From Octopus vulgaris (taxonomy: Eukaryota): 64,000 bases of DNA. Below the pieces are notes generated by a model, which saw only the letters and a list, made by a program, of their open reading frames with translations, was not told where the DNA came from and did no database searches. The translations under genes and the position numbers were made by a program. The DNA is taken from positions 111,476,001-111,540,000 of the forward strand of contig OX597818.1 in NCBI GenBank assembly GCA_951406725.2, given 5' to 3'. Shown piece after piece: positions 54,444-64,000 of the stretch (positions within the stretch are counted from its first letter, which is position 1; every line of letters begins with the position of its first letter).

Positions 54444-56243
54444 CCGGCGTTGTCGTTAGTGTTTCGTATGATTTAGTGAGTTGGAAATGTATACGCTCCT
54501 TGTGAGTATCGTTTTTAACTGTTATTTATTGAATTGTTGGATTGTTGTTACCTGTTGCACTCATTGTTACCGTCTTTTAACTTTATTCCCCATTTATGGG
54601 TGAAATTGTGAACATTATGGAAGGTACAGCAGTGCAAGCGGGCAGTTATGCTGCAGTGACTGGCAAAAGCCTGTCAGCGGAGGGACTGCAAGTCAAGGAA
54701 ATTAGTTGAAGGAGAAAAACTTTAAAAAATACAATGATTTATTGAGAAAGGAGAGAGATAGTTTGAGGTTGACGCACCCCCACAGAAGTAATAAATAAAA
54801 CGAAGAGGGTAACAATTGTGTACAGAACATTAAAAATTGGAACAAAAAAGGTGGAAATAGCAGCAGTAGCGGAGGTCGAGGAGTGCCTCAGAGAATTTTA
54901 GAACGTAGTGACTTACTACAACAGAGGAAGGAAATACGGCACAGTGGAGGTACGCATCGTGAGTGAAGAAGAAGCGAGGAAATACTCCACTGTGCCTTTG
55001 AGATCAGCAGAGTGGGCCCTGCTACCGACATACTGTGGCAAACGTGCGGCCAGAGTTAGAATAGGTAGAGTTTCCCCAGAAATTGATGAGGCGTTGCTGG
55101 TGGCAGCCATCCTCTTTAACACAGAGGAGGACACTGAGATAATAAAAATATCAAGAACTACGGAGGTGAAATGATGAGGGTATTGACTAGAGGCATTGGT
55201 CCATATAAGCTTGCCAGACTTGCACAAGATTGCGGAGGAACTGATACTGCCGGACGAAGCAAGGTTGATAATAGTGGTGGAAGGAAGACCGCCGGTATGC
55301 TTTCTTTGTGGGGTAAGGGGACACATGAAAGCAAGGTGTCCCCAGCAACAAGAAAAGGAAGTAGTACAAGAGAAGCAGGAAGAGGAAGAGGAACAAAGAG
55401 CGGAGGTACAAATGCAAATAAGCGAAAAGTTAGAAAATGTAGGAGAAAAATAGACAGTTGGAAAAAGGAAGAAGAAAAGAGAGGAGAACGTTAATTCACC
55501 ACCCAAAAGTTCATACAAAAAGAGAAAAGAAAATATAGAGAAGAATCACTGCGAAAGACAAGATATACCCCCCCCACAAAAAAAAGAGAGAAAATTACGG
55601 AGGAGGAAGGAAGTGCACAGAAAGGAAAGGAAGAGAGAAGAGAGATAGCAACAACAAAGAGTAAGAGAGATACAGGTATGGATGAGACACCAATACCAGG
55701 AACATCAGGAGAGAATAACGACGGAAAACAGGAGTTGGTACCGAAAGGAAAACACATTCGAACGATGATAAACTATAAAAAGAGTGTAGAGATCGAAAGA
55801 TTACAAAAATGAAAAACGGAATCAGAGAGGGAGTGTACCGAGAACGACGAGGTGGTCTTGCTTGAGAGAGACAGAGGTGAAAGGTTAAAGGAACTATTTG
55901 GTGACAAAATGGAAATATCGCCGTTACAAGTTCGATTCGATGAGATGCCACCAGTGGCATTTGAGGATATAATACAATATGTAATATGAAAGTGGAATAT
56001 TTAAAATTTCAAAATAATGACTTTTCAAGCAAAAACAAACAAAAAAGAACAATGTTAATATGTGATACATAACCAATTAAATGACACTACCTGCGTCTGG
56101 GTGCAGGGAAGACATTTCATTTTTCATGATATCATTATATTCATAATTTCGTTCGTTATGTTTTAAGTACCCCACTGTGTTGGGTTGTCTGTCCTTGTAT
56201 TGTCCCTTCTCTGTAGAACCAATGTTCTCATAATAAAGAAAAT
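54444..56243 (+). mobile_element. ORF1-only L1/Tx1-like retroposon (HAL1-like), 1800 bp
   Basis: 6-bp TSD aggacg (54438-43 / 56244-49), 3' taataaagaaaat, gag-like ORF1 relic, no recognisable APE or RT motifs. Confidence 0.7.
54617..55790 (+). pseudogene. Disrupted L1/Tx1-type ORF1 (gag-like) with CX2CX4HX4C zinc knuckle
   Basis: MEGTAVQAGSYAAV N-terminus; ARVRIGRVSPEIDEALL and IVVEGRPPVCFLCGVRGHMKARCP resemble Tx1/L1 ORF1; broken by stops and frameshifts; end coordinate approximate. Confidence 0.7.
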
Positions 56244-56888
56244 AGGACGTGGATGTTGACTTGGCGGAGGTTTGCGCGCTTTGAGTGCTCTTGTTTTATA
56301 TTATTTTTTATAAATTCTATATATTTATTTTATCATAAATGCGAAACACCTCCACAGAGGAATCGACGTAAGTTTAAATAATAAACAGCGATAAGTGAAC
56401 CGTGATATGGCGAGTGATTACTGCATACATACATATACACACATATAAATATATCTCAATTTTATTTCATTTAAAAAAATTTTATTCGTTTTCTTTCTAC
56501 AGTTGTTTGCATGACTTACGTTAAATGCCATCAACTCTAATTGAAAATAACGAGAAATAATGCTGAAGCTTTTTTTTTGTGTTCTACTTTTCTAAATGTT
56601 CAGCTTCGAACGTTTGTTTTTGCCACTTTTAACTCAAAGCAATTTTAAGTATGTCATGGGTATTGTGCTGAACTATTAATATTACAGGAATCTAACGTCG
56701 AGCGACATGTTTGAAAAAAAAACTGACCTCTTAAATTACCCAGAATAATTTTCAGTGCATAACAACTAAGTCAACATGCATACATACATACGTATACATA
56801 CGTGTATACACACACACACACACATATGTATATATCTATGTATGTATATATATATGTATGTATGTATATATATATATATATGTATATG

Positions 56889-56943
<55 letters not shown>

Positions 56944-57315
56944 GGTAGAAAGGGCTCCTTAGCCGTAGTGAAGGCAATCTATCTAGGGAGATAACCTTAC
57001 AATAAATCACTCGGTCCATAGCTTAGAAATACTGGGTTGGCGTCCGGCGGGAACAGCTCTGTTTCATGGAGGAGGAAAGATCTTCTTTAGTACTTGGTTG
57101 TACAATGCTTTCCAATGTGTGTAGTAGTGGCGCGCGCACACATTATTAGCCATTTGAAAAGACTATGAAAGTCTCGACTACGGTCGAACAATGATGATGA
57201 TGATATATATATATACGTATGTATGCATGTATTTGTATGTATGTATACATATATATATATATGTATATACATGTATGCATGCATATATATATATGTGTGT
57301 GTGTACATATGTACG

Positions 57316-57374
<59 letters not shown>

Positions 57375-57426
57375 GTGTGTGTGTATGTAGACTTTTTCCC
57401 TAAATAAAATTGCATTTCATTTCTGA

Positions 57427-57491
57427 AGCTCCGATGAGGCTATAGGGCGATACGCAAGCATAGCATTTCATAGCAGAAACAGCTGTGAGCT
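57427..57491 (+). ncRNA. Minimal hammerhead-like motif, degenerate
   Basis: AGCT-CCGATGA-G-GCTAT...ATAGC-A-GAAACAGCTGT-G-AGCT with palindromic ACAGCTGT. Confidence 0.55.
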
Positions 57492-57597
57492 AATGAAGAT
57501 CACGACTTGATTTCTTATTTCTTCATCGCTTCAATTTCTTATGCATATCCATAGATATTTTCAATATATTGCATTAATGCTTATGCAATGGAAAATG

Positions 57598-57630
<33 letters not shown>

Positions 57631-57637
<7 letters not shown>

Positions 57638-58148
57638 TTAAGATACACGTACAGACACACATATAAAGGCAACAGATAGCCATAGTAATATGTCGATTAA
57701 CAAGGTTAATATGCTTCACTTTTTAGTTCGCTGTGGTATCACACAGTGTTTTTAGTGCATTGTGATTCTGAGGTTATTCGTTTTCAGAGGAAAAAATAGC
57801 GTCACAGAAATCTTCCAAAATATATCGATATCACGTGATGCTATGTAAATTATTTGTGCACGAAAATATGTGACATGCAATTGGGAATAAATGATAGGTT
57901 CGTTTTTTATATCTATGAATCTATGCTTTTATCTATCAAAGCGTAGAAAATGTAAAAAAATATTAGAATGAAAAATGCTTGCTATTTGTCATGTTCCTTT
58001 TATTCTGCTAATACACACACACAAACACACACGCACACATTCACACATAGATATTAAGATACACGTACAGACACACATATAAAGGCAACAGATAGCCATA
58101 GTAATATGTCGATTAACAAGGTTAATATGCTTCACTTTTTAGTTCGCT
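57631..58148. repeat. 102-bp direct repeat pair (57631-57732 and 58047-58148)
   Basis: Identical by eye, offset 416 bp, each preceded by (CA)n. Confidence 0.9.
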
Positions 58149-58588
58149 ATGATGTTCTCGATCAGAGAAAAGTAAAATAGTTTTTACGCATATTATCTCG
58201 TTTAATTATTGAAGAAAAAATATGAAAACACACTAGATCTAGAATGCCCCCACGTAAATGGAAGTGCGTCCTTGAACAAAATTATATTAAATTCAGCTAA
58301 AAAAAAAACGACTCTATACAGACTATCATTAGTTTATGGCACAAGGAAAACAGATAGAAGAACAAAAAATAAATACTGTGTCACAGGTTGAGTTAGGTTT
58401 CTATTTTTCATAAACAACTTCCCGAATGACGTCTGATTTTCTGCCTTCTTATCAACTCTTATTATTCTTTATAACAATTCCATTGTATTTTCCTTCAACT
58501 TCCAAGCATCGTACAATACATACATACATACATACATACATAAATACATACATACATACATACCTACATACATACATACATACATACA

Positions 58589-58620
<32 letters not shown>

Positions 58621-58621
58621 C

Positions 58622-58665
<44 letters not shown>

Positions 58666-58737
58666 GAATATATATATACATATATCAAATCGCGACGGGC
58701 TGAAATAATATATATATATATATATACATATATAAAT

Positions 58738-58809
<72 letters not shown>

Positions 58810-59362
58810 AAATATATACAGGAAACAATAAATAGTATATAAAGAAGGGGGGAGTACGATTCAACAGCTGTTTCATGACCACTAGAAATGTTTCGATACA
58901 ACATAGATCTATTTAATACTGTCGGCTATCTGGTAATTCTAAGGGTGAAAGTATCAAGGTAACTCATACATGCAAGTATGAATTTTACCTGTCAAAGTAT
59001 TAATCTGCATTGCAGAAATAAATAAACTGACTGAAGATGAGGTACCCATTAGAAAATGGGTACCCATTAGAAATGATGTTTCTTATGGTTTGGTTCATAG
59101 TTCCTTAAATTTACCTTTTGTCAATGGGTTTCCTCATAATTTATAATTGGTATACATTGCTGGGCTTGATTATCGTTGGAAATATCGAACCGAGGTGGAA
59201 TGCACCGTTCTTTTGAATGTTAGTGTAACTGCTGCGTTGTTTTTGTAATAAGTTAATCGTCAGATTAAATGGGAAATAAGGACGATACTTGTGATGATTG
59301 AATGCTGAAAAAAAAGAAAGTCTAATTCTCCGTACAACATACACACACATACACATGCATGT

Positions 59363-59513
<151 letters not shown>

Positions 59514-59652
59514 ACGTCAGCAGTTCATATATCCCAAAAAGAAGCACACTCTAAAACATATATATATATATGTGTGCGTGTGTGTATATATATATGTGCG
59601 TGTATATGCGTGTGTGTGTGCATATATATGTGTGTGTATATATATGTGTATA

Positions 59653-59698
<46 letters not shown>

Positions 59699-60289
59699 CG
59701 AAAGTTCGTGTGTATAAGAAATAATTCATCTCCTCATCGATGTCAGATGAACTAAGCATTGATGCAGCTCAATTAGAACGTATTTTTTTGCGAAATATCA
59801 AAGTGAAAGAAATAAAAATTTTAATTGAAGAGGATATTCACAGGCAAAGAAATAGAATCATTGATGTTATTAGAAGTGTTTCACCATGTACACAACTTGC
59901 TATCATTGCTTTAATCATGTCGAATCTCAACCGAATGAGATGCACGAGTGAGAAGCGACAGTACTCACCTGGTCGCTCGTCTTGCAAGACTACAATACAA
60001 ATCACACACCACCATCTTGGGTGACATCGTTAATTTGTAGCTTATGTTTAAACCAAGCTCTGGTCTTTGAGTGCTTCTAGTGGAGTCCTCTCTGTTACAA
60101 ACATTAGGAACAGGCACTCAGTGCGTATGTAACTTCTTCGCTTTTTCCCATCTGTTATGAATTAACTGAGATCCTATTTAGAAGATGAGCTTTCCCTGGT
60201 TAGCTGATGGAGATATCTGTCCTTGTATTATTAAAAGCTGGGGTGAATACATCCAGAGCAAAAGTATCAATCAGCTTTGAAGCGAGTGC

Positions 60290-60840
60290 AGTATACAAGC
60301 GCAAAAGGAGTGTAAACGCTTACTGCATCACTGCACAGGAAAAAGAGTGCATTGGGATGTTAGCCAAGTGTGTGGCTTAAAAAAAAAAGCCAGAAAAGTG
60401 GTAAGAACACGAACCAGGAGCTGTGATAGAAAATGAGAATTACAAGCTCTTGTGGGATTTCCTAACAATAACTGACCATTATAGTGAAGCAAGAAGATCG
60501 GATCATAAATAACAAAATAAACAGTGTAAGATCATAGGTTTTGAAAATCCTTTTGATAACAGGATTGATATAAAAAAGACTGAAATATTGAGAAATATCC
60601 AGATCTAGCCAGAAAGTTGAGGAGACTGCAGTAACTGGTGCACTTAGAACCACATGCAAAAAGCAAAAATGCTACCAGGCAGAAGGGATTCGAATTGGAA
60701 CTCGCATCGGCCAGCTGCAGAAAAGTACCATCCTATATATTCTGCAAGAATTCTAAGGAAGATTCTTCAGATTTGGGGAGACTTGCTGTCCCCAAAACAT
60801 CAAGATAAAATACCTGCCCCCAAAATTAGCATGTACCAAC
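60290..60840 (+). pseudogene. Degenerate R4/Dong-type 3' fragment, subfamily D
   Basis: KW*EHEPGAVIENENYKLLWDF...TDHYSEARRSD, VTGALRT; followed by (TAG)/(TAA)/(TGA) repeats. Confidence 0.7.
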
Positions 60841-61172
60841 GTAGTAGTAGTAGTAGTAGTAGTAGTAGTAATGATAATGATAATAATAATAATGATGATG
60901 ATGATGATGATGATGATGATAATTTAAAAGTTAGTGCTCCAGCACTAAACAAAAGGATAGGTGAATAAAATAATAATAATGATATTTCTTTTATTTCTTT
61001 ATTCTTTATTTTTCCTTTCTCTCTGTGTGTCTTTCTTCCCCTTTTTCTCTGTCACATGGCTTTCTAAATGGTGTGTTTGTTTTAATGTCCCATCAGTGTA
61101 TACAGTACATTTCTCTGCCCTAGGTGTCAGAAAGACACTCGGCAAGAAAAGGAAACAGAATTGAAAGAAAAT

Positions 61173-61224
<52 letters not shown>

Positions 61225-61231
61225 GTAATAA

Positions 61232-62292
61232 TCAACTGGCTGTACTTGTAGAGATACCAGGGCAGAAGATGCTTAATAGCACAAGAAGAATGTGTATAGC
61301 GGAAAGAAAAAGTATAGTAGAGTATTTACAGAGCGGCACAGAAAAAAACTACTAAAGCCAGTTAATAAAGAAGAGGTTATGAAGCGCGTGATACGAGAAA
61401 AGGGCAAGAATGAAATACAAAGAGAGCACGCCAGAGAGGTCGAAGGGAAACCTCTGAATGGCCAATTTTGAAGACCCACTGAAGACGTATGTGGAAGAAA
61501 ATCTGGGGCTTGGTTAAAAAAGGAGCCATTAAAAGAAGAAACAGGGAGCCGAGTTGTAGCAGCCCAGGCGATAAAAACAAACAACTTGAGAAAAAAAAAT
61601 ACATGGAGAGAATGTGTCAGAAAAATGTTGAGTCAGTGGAACTTTGAACAGTGGCACACATTGTGGAAGAATGCCCAAATTTGGCACAGGAAGAACATAA
61701 GAAATGGAGGCACGACCAGGTTGTTAAAGTTTTGCATTGGAAACTGTGCCAGAAATGCGGATTCGAAGCTGGAAACACATGGTACAATCATCGAGCCGAA
61801 AAAGCACCGAAGTCTGAGAAATGTAAGATTTTGTGGGATTTTCCTATTCAAACAGACAAGAAGTTAGAAAATAATAGATCCGACATAACGATTAGAGAAA
61901 AGGAAATGCGAAGTTGCTTACTTATCGATGATGCATCATGCCCTTTCATTCCAGGATTATGAAGAAAGAGGAAGAAAAATAATACAATTCCTTAAAATTT
62001 GGAACAGAAAAATTTCGGAGCATGTGGACAGTACAGGTCGTGACTATAATGATTGGTGCGTTGGGAACAGTGTGTAAATAGATAGACTAACGACGGAAAG
62101 AGATTGGAATAGAATGCACGGTAGAATTCCAACAGAAAGTTTGTCTCTTAGGGAGAGCAAGTGTTATCAGGTAGGGTCCTAAGGACTTGAAAGGCTGCTG
62201 AAAACTTGTGGATACCTAAGGTTACGAGCAGTAACCCGCTTTCCACATGAATCCTATCAAGAATAAGATCGAACCTGAGCCAAACACCAAAG

Positions 62293-62295
<3 letters not shown>
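61232..62295 (+). mobile_element. R4/Dong-type 3' fragment, subfamily E (RT C-terminus, CCHC, RLE), degenerate
   Basis: GKPLNGQF, VVAAQ, VAHIVEECPNLAQ..RHDQV..LHWKLC, CKILWDFPIQTD..NRSDI, IGALGT; (TAA)n on both sides. Confidence 0.9.
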
Positions 62296-62339
<44 letters not shown>

Positions 62340-63146
62340 TTGTTATTATTATTATTATTATTTGACCTCTTTCTCCATGCGACCTGTCAGCAAAATATCC
62401 ACCATTCCCTCATCTAAAGATACTTTCAATAATTGTTTCAGAATGCTAGACTATCTAAGCCTCAAGTCATACAAGTCCATTTTAAGAATATCCTATCTTA
62501 TTATAGATGCTATTTTTGTTTCTATGTAATTTTTCTTTCAATTTTTATTATTTCCCTCCACTGCATTCCAAAAACCATGTTAGCGTAAAGCAATGTTTTA
62601 TTAATAACACACATAACTCAAATCTTTCTAAAGAAATAAACTTTTTTTGTTTGCTTTTTTTTTAGCCCCAAGTTGTCTGCAATGCGTTATTGATTTCAGT
62701 GAGGAATCCAATATATTTTTATAATATTATTTGATTTTTTTTTCATTATTATTTGTATATTTGTTTCTCATATAGTACCAAATAGAAGAAGAAATATTCT
62801 TCAACTATCGATTCATGAGTGATATTTTGACATTTTGCTGTGCTGAACATTCACACGCCTGCAGTCATACATACACCAACAGACATATGTTTAATATGAA
62901 ATCAAATAGTCTTGCTTTAGTTGCTCTCAGCATGTACATTTACATGAATATAAAGAAAGCTATCAGTTCGAGGTAGAATTTTACTATTATCATATTTAGA
63001 CTTATATAACATCCAACAATAACAGAAATTCAGACGTGTGTTCATTAGTCACTCTTATTCACACATACTCCATTATTCAAACACTCAGCGACTTCCAGTT
63101 TACCATTTATTCACTTTAAACCAGTTATTCTTTGTCCCTCCTGATA

Positions 63147-63367
63147 TTGGCTTCAAATTTTAACACAAGGCCAGAAATTTCAAGGGAGGGGCTAGGACGA
63201 TGACATCGACCCCCAATGATCAACTGGTATTTATTTTATCCTCTCCAAAAGGATAAAAACCAAAGCCGACCCGACCTCGGCGGAATTTGAACTCGGAACG
63301 TAAAGTCGGACGAAATGCCGCTAAGAATTTTGCCTGTTGCAGTAACGATTCTGCCAGCTCATCGCCT
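63147..63367 (-). mobile_element. SINE family A, tail type 2
   Basis: cacaaggccagaaattt...cctcggcggaatttgaactc...ttctgccagctc. Confidence 0.82.
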
Positions 63368-64000
63368 TTTACCTCTTTCAATATTAGCAATAAATAAAGA
63401 CCTAATCACAGTCTGCTCCAGTGTGTTATGCCATTTAATCAAGCTACATCGATTTACGAGTGGGTTCGAAATGTCCGAGTCAGTTGTTTGTCTTCAAGTA
63501 TGATATTATGAAGATGGGAGAATGTGGTTTACCAAACTTTTAGTTATCAAGCAAGTACCTTGTTATCGGTACAGCACCCTCATCAGCGGCATGCCTGAAA
63601 ACAAAGAATACGTCGCCCCTTCCATCCGTAGACTGGTGTGGAACCTCGGCAACCCCTTAGCCTCCTGTGCGAGGGATACGGTGAAGACGCTGGCAGCAGG
63701 ACATTGGATAACTAACAAGGCAGAGGTTAGTCCTAAACTAACGGCTTCAAGGTTATTGTGGCCAAGAATAAGATCTGTAACGTCAGACAACGGTTGGGCG
63801 TCAACTAGCAAGAAATTTGCTATCGCATGGCAGTCTCTTCGTCGACCATGCTCATTGTACTCTCGTAGATCTCTTGGTAGTTGGGATGGACGCCTAGAGA
63901 GGCAGTCGGCTGGGGGAGATGACGCCAACTGCCTTATTCACCGCCCAAAGGCGGTTTAGCGAATTTCTGAACAGAACAAAAAAAACATCGATCTATGACG

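Larger units (their letters stand above)
54121..56295 (+). mobile_element. Non-autonomous Helentron/DINE-1-like element (54121-54443 and 56244-56295) split by a 1.8-kb insertion
   Basis: 5' ttattacctctgcc and 3' ggcggaggt subterminal inverted repeats, (gttt)n/gtctg microsatellite, atgaaactt core motif, 3' hairpin gcgct-ttg-agtgc, T-rich ends. Confidence 0.75.

Overview
AT-rich, microsatellite-saturated eukaryotic non-coding DNA (intergenic or deep intronic). The SINE families and the very high density of (TA)n, (CA)n, (TAA)n and (TACA)n arrays suggest an octopus genome; this is recognition, not a database result. I cannot support any host protein-coding gene: most ORFs in the track are translations of simple repeats, and the convincing protein signal comes from transposons. 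The window holds (i) about 30 tRNA-derived SINE copies in three families, (ii) at least 8 fragments of R4/Dong-type RLE retrotransposons, most stacked head-to-tail in (TAA)n arrays together with a non-coding TAA-targeted companion retroposon, (iii) a 1.8-kb ORF1-only L1/Tx1-like element with a 6-bp TSD inside a Helentron/DINE-1-like element, (iv) about a dozen Penelope-type minimal hammerhead-like motifs, two of them in a 740-bp palindrome, and (v) RTE, hAT-MITE and probable Merlin relics. The most interesting observation is that one SINE subfamily and the ORF1-only element share the same 3' terminus (14-nt identical motif, short hairpin, TAATAAAGAAA), pointing to a LINE / half-LINE / SINE mobilisation system. 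Repeat boundaries were read by eye and are approximate unless a TSD or TIR is quoted.
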